Part shown: positions 18,401 to 27,649 of the stretch, piece after piece | How the letters are laid out: each line of letters starts with the position of its first letter | Position numbering within the stretch: position 1 is the first letter of the stretch | Origin: Candidatus Micrarchaeia archaeon | GTDB lineage: Archaea; Micrarchaeota; Micrarchaeia; Micrarchaeales; CABMGC01 | Assembly (NCBI GenBank): GCA_049976305.1 | Contig: JBMFIM010000001.1 | Coordinates: 1-64,000 of the forward strand | Length of the DNA: 64,000 bases | Direction: 5' to 3' | Position numbers and translations under genes: made by a program | The notes under the pieces: generated by a model | The model's database searches: none | What the model saw: only the letters and a program-made list of their open reading frames with translations | What the model was told of the DNA's origin: nothing

Positions 18401-20014
18401 TCAGCCTATTGGAATATACGCCCTTCCTACTGCCTCATGGTTTGTTGAATTTATTGAATAGCCTATGCCTACAAAAAGCCTGAGATTGAGCGCAAGACCT
18501 GTAATGACTCTGCCAAGATCGTAGCAAGGAACGCTTATGTTCATAGCTTGGCCTTTTGCCAGAGTTACGTTTAAAGGTTCGGGCTTGTAAGGCGGAAGCG
18601 AATAGCAAGACGCGTTGAGTATGCGCAATGTAGAGTTGAGATTCTTAAGTCTAAAAGAAATGTTTCCATTTAGAAAGCTTACGTTTGAGCATGAGAAGGT
18701 ATTGTTGAATGAGCAGGTGTTTGTTATTCCAGAGCTGAACGTCAAAGGCTTTCCTTCTATTCCAAAACTTCTTATTATGCCTATGTTTATCGGCACTTGT
18801 TGTAGGAGGTAAGAGGAGCTAAGCAGAGAAAATACTGAAAGGTTGTAATTGCCTATGTATGCAGTGGTCCTCATAAGAGCATTGGTTCCTACAAAGGTGC
18901 CGTTTTTAGGAAAGATGTATTGAGAGCAGTAGCTGGCATTTGAGACGTTTGTTATAAGACCATAGCAAATATTGTCTTCATAAGCCAAGGAATTTGAAGA
19001 GATGGTTGAATAGAGAAAAGACATATTGCCTAGAAGTGCAAAAGAGCCTGCTTTTTCTCCTACTGGAGTTACTAGCGAGTAATTGCCAAGGGCGATCGCG
19101 TTGGCTATTGCGGTGTTGGAATAGAAGCTTGATAACATAATTGAACTGGCATGTTTTGCAGACAGCATGCTTGTGCAGTTGCCTTGCTTGGCCAACAACA
19201 TCTTGAGCCAGCCTTGCGAATAGTAGCTGCAGAGGGTCGTATTGTTCGGAAAGTAAACTACAGTAACTTGCTTTCCAGCTACGCTTATGTTCTCAGCCTT
19301 AAGCCCATTTATAAGCGCTGCTGTGTTTGTGAGATTTGGGGACAAGAACCCCATAAGCCAAACTGCGGAAGCAGAAGTGCCATTAGCATAGGTTGCATCA
19401 GCAGCGACAAGCTGCTTAACGTCTGTGAGCACATATTGCAGGATAGAGTCTAGGAAATTGTTGAAGTAAGACACGTTGGTAAGCTTTATCCGTGCAAGGC
19501 CGTATGTTGCATTGAGATAACTTGCTAATGCATAACCACCGGCGTTTAAATGTTCGATCTCTTCTGCTATCATGTTTCCCGAAGGAAGCATTGCATAAGC
19601 ATTTGGCTTTTCTGCTGACACAACATGAAGATAGGTAACAGATTTTGCAAGTGGTCTGTCAATTATATCGTAAAGCCTTCCAGGGTCTGCAACCGCTGTT
19701 ATCTCGAAAGTAGAATTGAAGGAGGGCACATAGGTAAAATTGAGAAACACGAACTTTCCTGGGGGAAGAGTGACTTTGTATAATGTGTTGAGAGTAGAAT
19801 TGACATATACCCCAATACTCATATTTCTTATCGGTGTTCCGCCATTGTTCAAAACTTTTATCGGAATCTCTGCTAGCTGATAAGGATATAGGCTAATGTT
19901 TGTAGGCGCAGTAAGAACTATGCTCACTGCTGGCTGATAGAAAAGCCGCAAATAAAGGGCAACACCTGCTATCGCCACTATAAGCAGTATCCAAAAATAA
20001 ATCTCCCGCTTCGT
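18401..20014 (-). CDS. membrane-anchored surface protein with N-terminal CARDB/Ig-like domain
   Basis: signal anchor, many N-x-S/T sequons; proposed start ACG 20014 (track start GTG 19978). Confidence 0.7.
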   Translation of the reverse strand, partial: TKREIYFWILLIVAIAGVALYLRLFYQPAVSIVLTAPTNISLYPYQLAEIPIKVLNNGGTPIRNMSIGVYVNSTLNTLYKVTLPPGKFVFLNFTYVPSFNSTFEITAVADPGRLYDIIDRPLAKSVTYLHVVSAEKPNAYAMLPSGNMIAEEIEHLNAGGYALASYLNATYGLARIKLTNVSYFNNFLDSILQYVLTDVKQLVAADATYANGTSASAVWLMGFLSPNLTNTAALINGLKAENISVAGKQVTVVYFPNNTTLCSYYSQGWLKMLLAKQGNCTSMLSAKHASSIMLSSFYSNTAIANAIALGNYSLVTPVGEKAGSFALLGNMSFLYSTISSNSLAYEDNICYGLITNVSNASYCSQYIFPKNGTFVGTNALMRTTAYIGNYNLSVFSLLSSSYLLQQVPINIGIIRSFGIEGKPLTFSSGITNTCSFNNTFSCSNVSFLNGNISFRLKNLNSTLRILNASCYSLPPYKPEPLNVTLAKGQAMNISVPCYDLGRVITGLALNLRLFVGIGYSINSTNHEAVGRAYIPIG

Positions 20015-20488
20015 TTACTCACCCATAATCTTGCTCTTGTTTCTAAACTCCTCTACGACTTTTCCTATTCTTTCAACAATCTCTTTTAAATTTTGTTCGA
20101 ATATGCTGGAAAAAACAATGTTGGCATTAAACCTATCCCCGCTTGCAGGAGGCTTAAAGTAAAACTTGCCCTGCGAATTATCGATAAGGCCCATTCTTTT
20201 CATCCTAAGAAGATGGTATCTCAACGTCTTCTCGTTTATAGGTTCCCAATTTGTTGCTATGTATTGTTTTAGCGTTTCAACATCAGGATCTTGCTGCTTT
20301 ACAAACTGGAAATAGAGAAGGCCGTCTAGCACCTCCACAACGCTTTGCCTCGACTCACCAGGATTGACGAGCCCCAGTGCAAGCGCAAGCCATCTTGCAA
20401 TCGCCCTTCTCGTCTCGGTGGTTGTATTGTCTATTCTTAGCTTCCTTAGCGTAAGCTCGCTTTCTATAAGTGAGGCCTCGTTAAGCAT
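20015..20488 (-). CDS. hypothetical protein with wHTH-like segment
   Basis: EKTLRYHLLRMKRMGLI; start ATG 20488 (the track's upstream extension lies in the IS remnant). Confidence 0.7.
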   Translation of the reverse strand: MLNEASLIESELTLRKLRIDNTTTETRRAIARWLALALGLVNPGESRQSVVEVLDGLLYFQFVKQQDPDVETLKQYIATNWEPINEKTLRYHLLRMKRMGLIDNSQGKFYFKPPASGDRFNANIVFSSIFEQNLKEIVERIGKVVEEFRNKSKIMGE

Positions 20489-20525
20489 GATGATAATTCG
20501 GCTACAAAAAATATAAGTTAGTATC

Positions 20526-20765
20526 GTGACACCCTCCCACGACTGAAGTCGTGGGCTTCCAGAGTGGCTATAATTGGTGTCATGACGCCACCCGTGTAGT
20601 TCCTGCTTCTTCGGCAACTGCCTTCCTTGTGGAAGGTCTTACGTCGCCTCCACAGGCTTGACTTCCTCGAATGCCTGACGATCATTTATTCACTGTAAAA
20701 GTCTATATATTCTTCTGTTCGCTTTCATCCCACGATTGAAATCGTGGGCTTTCCCGCTCACTTTT
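20526..20765 (-). mobile_element. non-autonomous IS200/IS605-family element retaining a TnpB omega-RNA-like scaffold
   Basis: subterminal hairpins GCCCACGATTTCAATCGTGGG and GCCCACGACTTCAGTCGTGGG, right end GTCAC, internal AAGCCTGTGGAG...GAAGCAGGAA typical of tnpB 3' ends; no transposase/TnpB ORF. Confidence 0.85.
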
Positions 20766-20789
20766 ATAAGGGGAAGGCAGTAAGAGCAA

Positions 20790-21317
20790 CTAGTATTGGA
20801 TAAGTGAGAAAACTTCTCTACCTTTCAAATGCTCTCTACCCTTGAGATCCTTCAGCTCTACAATGAAGCCAAGACCCACAACCTCGCCACCAAGTTTCTC
20901 TATAAGTTCGCATGCGGCTTCGGAAGTGCCGCCAGTAGCTAAAAGGTCGTCTATCACTGCAACCTTTTTGCCAGGTTCCACTGCGTCTACGTGAATCTCG
21001 ATTGTTTCAGTATTATACTCAAGCTGGTAATCCTTGCTTACCGTCTTGTATGGCAGCTTGCCTTTTTTCCTTATCGGCACAAAGCCCACATTGAGCTTGC
21101 TGGCAACCGCTGCGCCGACTATAAACCCTCTTGCTTCTATTCCCGCAACATAATCCACCTGCTTCTGTGAAAAATACTTTGCAATTGCATCTACCGCTGA
21201 ACCAAAAGCAATAGGATCTTTGAGCAAGGGTGTGATGTCCCTGAAAATAATCCCGGGTTTAGGAAAGTCTTTTATGCTTCTTATCCTGGATTTTAGCAAT
21301 TCCTCAATGTCAGCCAC
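20790..21317 (-). CDS. apt: adenine phosphoribosyltransferase
   Basis: DFPKPGIIFRDITPLL, EARGF, IDDLLATGGT. Confidence 0.96.
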   Translation of the reverse strand: MADIEELLKSRIRSIKDFPKPGIIFRDITPLLKDPIAFGSAVDAIAKYFSQKQVDYVAGIEARGFIVGAAVASKLNVGFVPIRKKGKLPYKTVSKDYQLEYNTETIEIHVDAVEPGKKVAVIDDLLATGGTSEAACELIEKLGGEVVGLGFIVELKDLKGREHLKGREVFSLIQY

Positions 21318-21430
21318 ATAATAGATTCAATCGATAATTTTTTATTTGTAGTATATTTCAAATCCAAAGGCACAAAAACAGACTCTTGTATGCTTATTAA
21401 TTCTATCGCACAATAATATTCTTGATTTTC

Positions 21431-21784
21431 ATGGCTCAAGGACCCAACATGGAAAATGATGTGGAAAAGCTTGTAGAAGAATATCAAGCAGTACAAGAGC
21501 AGCTTAGGTCTTTTGCCGCTTTGCTCGATCAACTTCAAAACCAGAAAGAGGAGGTGGAGAGGGCGAAGCAAGAAGTGCAGTCTTCAAATGGAAAGATCTA
21601 TCTGAGTGTTGGAGGCGTAATGGTAGAAACAACAAAGGAGAAGGCATTGAGCGATCTTGACAATAGGGCTGAGATGCTGAGGCTAAGGATAAGCACCTCT
21701 ACAAAGCAGTACAACGAGCTAAAGGAAAAAGAAAAGCAGCTTGGCGAAAAGCTTTCGCAGCTATACGGATCTCGAAGCCAGTGA
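21431..21784 (+). CDS. pfdB: prefoldin beta subunit
   Basis: coiled coils flanking IYLSVGGVMVE. Confidence 0.88.
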   Translation: MAQGPNMENDVEKLVEEYQAVQEQLRSFAALLDQLQNQKEEVERAKQEVQSSNGKIYLSVGGVMVETTKEKALSDLDNRAEMLRLRISTSTKQYNELKEKEKQLGEKLSQLYGSRSQ

Positions 21785-21788
21785 TTGC

Positions 21789-22814
21789 TTGATCAGGAAG
21801 TTGAGCTTTGATGAGCTTGTTAATACCATAAGATCCTATTTTGAAAAAGAAGTGCTCATAACCTTCCACTCAATAGGCGATAGAGATGCTGTCGGCTCTG
21901 CCGTAGCGTTGTCTGAGTATTTGCCAAACAGCACTGTAGCAATGCCTGACTTCCTCACAAACAACGCAAAGAAAATGCTTGCAAGCGTAGGCTATGACAA
22001 AAAGATTTCTGCAAAATTCCAGGAAAAAGAAGCAGTAATTGTAACAGACGCCAACAACACTGCGGTTCTAGGCCCGTTTGCAAAAGACCTTGCTGCGTAT
22101 AGCGGGGAGGTGCTGTTTATAGACCACCATCTAGAGCAGGAAGAGCTCACTACAGAACTGCCAAGTGCAAAGTCCGTATTGCTTTTCAGCGACGAAAGCT
22201 TTAATTCTACGTCAAGCATTGTTTATGCAGTATTACAAAGGCTTGGCAAGAGGATAAGCAAAGAAGCTGCATTGCTTCTTGTTAACGGCATAACTGCAGA
22301 CTCTGCAGACTTGCAGAACGCAAGCCCGCTTACCTTCTTGCAACTTTCGCAACTTTTTGAAATCTCAGGTACTTCCTATGCTGCGCTTCAAGAGCAGTAC
22401 CATGAGAATATACCTATAGAGAACAGGTACATGACAATGATGGATGTGCAAAGGGCGCATGTGGAGAAAATAGGCAACTACCTGCTTGTTTTTGGCAAAG
22501 CTACAGAGCATGCAAACGTCGCTGCAGACACCGCAATGAACATGGGTGCAGACGCAACTGTATTTTGGGCAGTGACACAATACGAAGGTTCGGTCTCTGC
22601 AAGACTTAGATCCCCACTTGACAGGAAGCTTGGCATTCATCTGGGCGTATTCATGAGAGAGATTGCACCGCTGCTAAGTGGCAGTGGTGGTGGCCATGCA
22701 TGCGCAGCAGGCGCATACGGACCAGAAAAAGACAGAACAGAAGAAGCAGCTCTGCATGTAGTTAACAAACTAAGGGAGAAATTCGGCAATTTTGAAACAA
22801 AAATTGAAAAGTAG
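21789..22814 (+). CDS. DHH-family phosphoesterase
   Basis: HSIGDRDAVGS, IDHH, GGGHACAAG; likely TTG start 21789. Confidence 0.9.
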   Translation: MIRKLSFDELVNTIRSYFEKEVLITFHSIGDRDAVGSAVALSEYLPNSTVAMPDFLTNNAKKMLASVGYDKKISAKFQEKEAVIVTDANNTAVLGPFAKDLAAYSGEVLFIDHHLEQEELTTELPSAKSVLLFSDESFNSTSSIVYAVLQRLGKRISKEAALLLVNGITADSADLQNASPLTFLQLSQLFEISGTSYAALQEQYHENIPIENRYMTMMDVQRAHVEKIGNYLLVFGKATEHANVAADTAMNMGADATVFWAVTQYEGSVSARLRSPLDRKLGIHLGVFMREIAPLLSGSGGGHACAAGAYGPEKDRTEEAALHVVNKLREKFGNFETKIEK

Positions 22815-22888
22815 CAAACATGACGAGAAAGAAAAAGATGCAAAGGTAAGTATTTTATTTTTGAGTTTTTGAGTAATAATCGATAGAA

Positions 22889-23926
22889 ATGTATGGATTC
22901 GGCGACCCTCAAGAACAAGCAACGCAGCTGATAAATGAAGAGGAACTTTTCAAGCCAAAAATAGCTGTTGTCGGAGTAGGCGGAGGCGGCAACAACGCGG
23001 TGCAAAGGCTTAGCCAAATGGACATAAAAGGTGCTAGTCTCTTCGCCTTCAATACTGATGCAAAGCACCTTGGAATGCTCAATAACAACATCACAAAACT
23101 CATACTTGGCAAAGAGCTTACACACGGCCTTGGTGCTGGAGGATTTCCAGAGATAGGTGAAAAGGCGGCCGAGCTCAGCCGGGGCGAGATCGCATTGTTG
23201 CTCAAAGACACAAACCTCGTTTTTCTCACAGCGGGCATGGGTGGCGGTACAGGCACAGGCGCTGCGCCGATAGTTTCAAGAGTTGCGAAGGAACAGGGCG
23301 CAATAGTAATAGGCATAGTTACCATGCCTTTCTCACTAGAACGCGTCAGACTTGAAACTGCGAAGAGGGGAATAGAAAAGCTTAGGCAGAACGTTGATAC
23401 GCTTGTTGTTATAGACAACCAAAGACTGGTAGACCTTTATCCAAACCTGCCTATAGAGAAGGCCTTTGCATTGGCCGATGAGATAACAGCGAAGGCAGTT
23501 AGAGGTATAACGGAAACCATAACGCAGCCGAGCCTGATAAACCTAGATTTTGCAGATGTTAGAAACATAATGTCAGCCGGCGGGCTTGCGATGATAAGCG
23601 TAGGCACGGGGCAGGGAACTAACAAGGTAAGTGACGTTGTGGAGAGCACACTAAAGAACAAGCTCCTTGACGTGGATTATTCAAAGGCTACTGGCGTGCT
23701 AATCCACATAATAGGAGGGCCTGACTTAACCCTTGGTGAAGCAAATGAAATAGGTACAAGGCTTACTGAACATATAGCACCAAATGCCAACGTCACTTGG
23801 GGAGCTAGACTAGATCCCTCTTATGAAAACAGAGTAGAGGTTATTGCGATCTTTACTGGCGTGTCTGGAGCTTCTGTGCTAGGCAAGAAAGAAGAGCATA
23901 CAGAGTTTGGCCTGGGCATGCTCTAA
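22889..23926 (+). CDS. ftsZ: cell division protein FtsZ (paralog A)
   Basis: GVGGGGNN, GMGGGTGTG, NLDFAD. Confidence 0.97.
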   Translation: MYGFGDPQEQATQLINEEELFKPKIAVVGVGGGGNNAVQRLSQMDIKGASLFAFNTDAKHLGMLNNNITKLILGKELTHGLGAGGFPEIGEKAAELSRGEIALLLKDTNLVFLTAGMGGGTGTGAAPIVSRVAKEQGAIVIGIVTMPFSLERVRLETAKRGIEKLRQNVDTLVVIDNQRLVDLYPNLPIEKAFALADEITAKAVRGITETITQPSLINLDFADVRNIMSAGGLAMISVGTGQGTNKVSDVVESTLKNKLLDVDYSKATGVLIHIIGGPDLTLGEANEIGTRLTEHIAPNANVTWGARLDPSYENRVEVIAIFTGVSGASVLGKKEEHTEFGLGML

Positions 23927-26746
23927 CTAGACAACTTCTAGTTCTACATCCAAGCTAGGCTTTAGCGGCAAAGCTCTAGAAGCCCTTGCTGAATTTGATT
24001 TTGCTTCTTCCTCTATGCTGACATCGCACCCTAGCGTGCTTTGCATATACTCGGCAGCAGTGCTAAATGCCTGGTACTCTTCGCTGGCTGAAATTTCGAT
24101 TGGCTTTAGTTCCGCACCTGGTTTTGTGAACTGAGAAAGATATTTTGCAGCAGCATCTTTGTTTACATTGCTTTCAAAACCCTCTAGAGCTTTGGCAATG
24201 TTCTTTGATTCAACGTACTTGTTGTAGAGGTCTCTTTTCCACTGATTTGCAACTATTACCCTTATCCTCTTTACCTTCTTGCCTGATTTCCTTGTCATAA
24301 GGCTAGAGACTTCTTTCGCATCCTCTATAACTGAGTCTATTGCATCTTCGAGCATCTCAATTTTTTCGTTTACCAACTCTTTTCTGGCTTGAGGCCACTT
24401 TTCAAGCGATACAAAGGTGTTATTGCCAAGCTGGTGCCAAAGTTCCTCGGCAAAGTGCGGGGCTATAGGTTGAAGCATCAGCGCTATGTCAGAGAGAAAG
24501 TCCTTTACAACAATTGCGTTATTGCCGCCTCTTGCGAAGTATCGCTTTAGTTCTATTACACTGTCATAGAATATGCGCTGATAAGCTTCCCTGAACTCAA
24601 ACACATCCATCGCCTTTGTTGCTTGCTCTACCTTCTTGCTTAGCTTTGAATAAAGCCAATAGTCTATTTGCTTAAGACCGCCGCTTTGGAGCGAGTCAAG
24701 CTTTAGCGCAGTATCATACAAATACTCAAGCCTTTCCTGTATACCTCTAACTGCCTTTACAGAAAAGTCTGCATCGCTATAAAGGTCAGCACCAGCAATA
24801 AGGTTTATCCTAAGGGGATCTACGCCGTAAGTCTCAGCCCCGTCTATTAGCGGCACGATGTTTCCAAGGCTTTTGCTCATCTTTTCTCCTTCCATGAGAA
24901 GCATGCCATTGACCACTATCTGCTTTGGCCAATACTCCTTGCTAAAAACCGCAAGATGGTTGAAAATATACATGGTAAGATGGTTTGGTATCAAATCAGG
25001 TCCAGAGTGATTCGATGTTTGCCTGTACCAGTAATCGAAAGACTCCCTGCATCTTTTAATTATCTGGTAGTCTATGCCAGTATCCTTCGCAACCTGATCT
25101 ATATCGCCCTTGCCCAAGAATACATAGTCGAAGAAGGATGGCTTGAGCTTCTCGGGCTCTATCCCCCTTATTATGTGGGAGATTGTATAGAACGCTGGGT
25201 ATATCGTTGAATCAGAAAGCGATTCTATTATGTAGTTTTTGTCTAGAGGGAATCTCGTGCCAAGCCCTTGTGCACGCGCAACAGCACGCAGATTAAGCCA
25301 TTCTACAGTATTTTCAAAAGCCGGCCTTATCTTTTCCGGCACCAATGCCATATTCGGCAGATGCGCTCTCACCTGCTGCTTCCACTGCTCGTCGCCATAG
25401 TTAAGGAACCATTGATTTTCCACGACCTTTACAACAATTTCTGCACCACACCTGCAATAGACTGGCGCATTTGCAAGAATGTAAATTGGTAATGCATTCT
25501 TGTCGTTAAGAAGCTTCTCTTTTATCTTTTCCCTAGCTTCTGGCTCACGCATTCCTTCGTAGCCCTCTACAGTCATAATTCCGTATCTGGACTCCTCCTT
25601 ATACTCGAGCTTCGTTGCCTCTTCTATCTTCTCCTCGCTTGCATCGATGCCAATTCCAATCGCATCAAGATACGCCTTTGCTAATGGTTCGCCTTCCTTT
25701 TCAGCAACGCTGCCACCTGTACCTAATTTAAGAACAGGTATGGGCAAAGGAACAGGCATGCCTGCCTTTTTCAGCCTTTCCAAAGCGATATAGTCAAACG
25801 GCGCGTGGGCTGGCACGCTCATCACTATCCCTGTGCCCAGATCAGGCTTCACGAAGAAGCCGTGGTACACTGGGACCTTTACTCCATTCACTGGGTTTAT
25901 GCACTGCTTTTCTATGAGCTCCTGCCCGCTAAGCTCTTTCAACACACTTATCTTTAGCTGGAAGCCCAAAATGTAGCTTGCCTCTTTGGAGATATAGAAG
26001 CTTCTTTCGTCTTCGCCAATTTTGCAAAGCACGTACTGGCTATCTCTGTTGACAAAAATATTGGTTACACCGAATACCGTCTCAGGCCTGTAGGTAGCAC
26101 AGAGCATATATGCATCTTCTCCATCAACCTTGAACGCTATCGCCACCTCTTCCTCGATCTCCGGCTCGACATCATGCAAGGTGTCGTGCATTCCAACAGG
26201 GTTATTTTCATTAGGGCACCAGCCGACTGCATGCTTTCCTTGGACAAGAAGATGCTTGTCGTTGAGTATTCCGAACTGCCACTCTACAAACTTGCTGAAG
26301 AAGGGTTCTGTAGAAACAAACTTCCTCCTGAAGTCTATGCTTAGGCCAGACCTCACAAAGCTTGCCTCGCTGTTTTTGGTGAAGTATTCTGTTATGTAAA
26401 CAGGGTCTGTCATCTTTGCAATGTCTTCATCAGGAATATGGAAAAGTTTGAGCTCTTTTATAATTTCCTGGTCGTTGTTTTTTATGCGCTTTGCAAATGC
26501 AAGCACAGGAGTTCCGGTAGCGTGGAAGCCCATAGGGAAAAGAACGTTGTATCCTTGCATGCGCTTGTACCTTGCCAGTGCGTCAGTAATGCTGTATGTT
26601 CGCAAGTGGCCGATGTGCAAAGGTGTGTTGACATAAGGAAATGCTGCAAAAACCATATAGGCTGGCTTGTCGTTCGGCTCTACCTCAAATATCTTTGCTT
26701 CTTGCCAATTCTTTTGCCATTTTTTCTCTATGCCTGCAAAGTCCGT
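23927..26746 (-). CDS. leuS: leucine--tRNA ligase
   Basis: HIGH and KMSKS; conserved N-terminus (M)DFAGIEKKWQ extends to ACG 26746 (track start 26656). Confidence 0.95.
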   Translation of the reverse strand, partial: TDFAGIEKKWQKNWQEAKIFEVEPNDKPAYMVFAAFPYVNTPLHIGHLRTYSITDALARYKRMQGYNVLFPMGFHATGTPVLAFAKRIKNNDQEIIKELKLFHIPDEDIAKMTDPVYITEYFTKNSEASFVRSGLSIDFRRKFVSTEPFFSKFVEWQFGILNDKHLLVQGKHAVGWCPNENNPVGMHDTLHDVEPEIEEEVAIAFKVDGEDAYMLCATYRPETVFGVTNIFVNRDSQYVLCKIGEDERSFYISKEASYILGFQLKISVLKELSGQELIEKQCINPVNGVKVPVYHGFFVKPDLGTGIVMSVPAHAPFDYIALERLKKAGMPVPLPIPVLKLGTGGSVAEKEGEPLAKAYLDAIGIGIDASEEKIEEATKLEYKEESRYGIMTVEGYEGMREPEAREKIKEKLLNDKNALPIYILANAPVYCRCGAEIVVKVVENQWFLNYGDEQWKQQVRAHLPNMALVPEKIRPAFENTVEWLNLRAVARAQGLGTRFPLDKNYIIESLSDSTIYPAFYTISHIIRGIEPEKLKPSFFDYVFLGKGDIDQVAKDTGIDYQIIKRCRESFDYWYRQTSNHSGPDLIPNHLTMYIFNHLAVFSKEYWPKQIVVNGMLLMEGEKMSKSLGNIVPLIDGAETYGVDPLRINLIAGADLYSDADFSVKAVRGIQERLEYLYDTALKLDSLQSGGLKQIDYWLYSKLSKKVEQATKAMDVFEFREAYQRIFYDSVIELKRYFARGGNNAIVVKDFLSDIALMLQPIAPHFAEELWHQLGNNTFVSLEKWPQARKELVNEKIEMLEDAIDSVIEDAKEVSSLMTRKSGKKVKRIRVIVANQWKRDLYNKYVESKNIAKALEGFESNVNKDAAAKYLSQFTKPGAELKPIEISASEEYQAFSTAAEYMQSTLGCDVSIEEEAKSNSARASRALPLKPSLDVELEVV

Positions 26747-26792
26747 AAAACCACTAGAAAGAAAATGCCGTTAAAGATTAATAAAGCAAACG

Positions 26793-26866
26793 TGGAGCCA
26801 GGAAGGGGAGTCGAACCCCTCTTTGCCGCTCTGCAGGCGGCCGCATAGCCGATCTGCCATCCTGGC
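26793..26866 (-). tRNA. tRNA-Cys(GCA) with encoded CCA
   Basis: acceptor GCCAGGA/TCCTGGC, anticodon loop CTGCAGA, T-arm AGGGG-TTCGACT-CCCCT, U73. Confidence 0.95.
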
Positions 26867-26921
26867 TCAATAATTCTATTTCTAATATGCTTAATAATAT
26901 TTTATTGACCAACAAGCAAAA

Positions 26922-27104
26922 TCAGACAATCAGCTGAAGGATCAGGGCTATAATAAACCCCATTACGCCAAGGATTACTATTCCAAGAAGCACGATTTTG
27001 AGCGTTCGCATGAACTCGTCGTGCGTTGGCTTGTAGCTTACGCTCATTATGTGCTTTGACTCCTCGTAAAAGCGCTTTATGCCGGTGATCGGGTTAAGAT
27101 TCAT
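26922..27104 (-). CDS. secE: protein translocase SecE/Sec61-gamma
   Basis: KPTHDEF motif followed by single TM. Confidence 0.9.
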   Translation of the reverse strand: MNLNPITGIKRFYEESKHIMSVSYKPTHDEFMRTLKIVLLGIVILGVMGFIIALILQLIV

Positions 27105-27175
27105 GCTTCTATTTTCCTGTTTTCTTTAATAAACTTTTTGATTCAAATGCTAATGCCAATGCTAAGGCGCGTTTT

Positions 27176-27649
27176 ATGGAAAACATAAAAAGGTGCATAA
27201 CTGCTAGCTGCATAATCTGCAAGGAGGGCAAGGTGGTGCTTGTGCATCACAAAAAGCTTGGCATTTGGATCTATCCTGGCGGGCATGTTGATCCAGGCGA
27301 ACATCCGCACGATGCTGCACAGAGAGAGGCGCTTGAAGAAACAGGCCTGAAGGTGGAGCTTGTTTCTTGTGGCGGCATAACTGTAAGAACCAATGATGCA
27401 ACCTCTCTTCCTATGCCTTTCACGATTTTGCAGGAATACGTACCTTATCAAACCGGTGCCCACCTGCATTTTGACCTGATCTACGCAGCAAAGCCAGTAT
27501 CGGGAGAGCTTAGGCTGGCAAAAGAGGAATCAACAGACATAAGGTGGTTTTCAAAAGAGGAGATAGAAAGGCTCGATACCTTGGACAACATAAAACAAGT
27601 CCTGTTGGCATTCTTTGCAAAATGCAAGTTAGCCGAAAATGTCGTCTAA
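27176..27649 (+). CDS. NUDIX hydrolase
   Basis: PGGHVDPGEHPHDAAQREALEETG Nudix box. Confidence 0.93.
   Translation: MENIKRCITASCIICKEGKVVLVHHKKLGIWIYPGGHVDPGEHPHDAAQREALEETGLKVELVSCGGITVRTNDATSLPMPFTILQEYVPYQTGAHLHFDLIYAAKPVSGELRLAKEESTDIRWFSKEEIERLDTLDNIKQVLLAFFAKCKLAENVV

Noticed and set aside
20489..20617. N-terminal extension of ORF 20015-20617
   Set aside because: Runs through the IS605 remnant; real start more likely 20488
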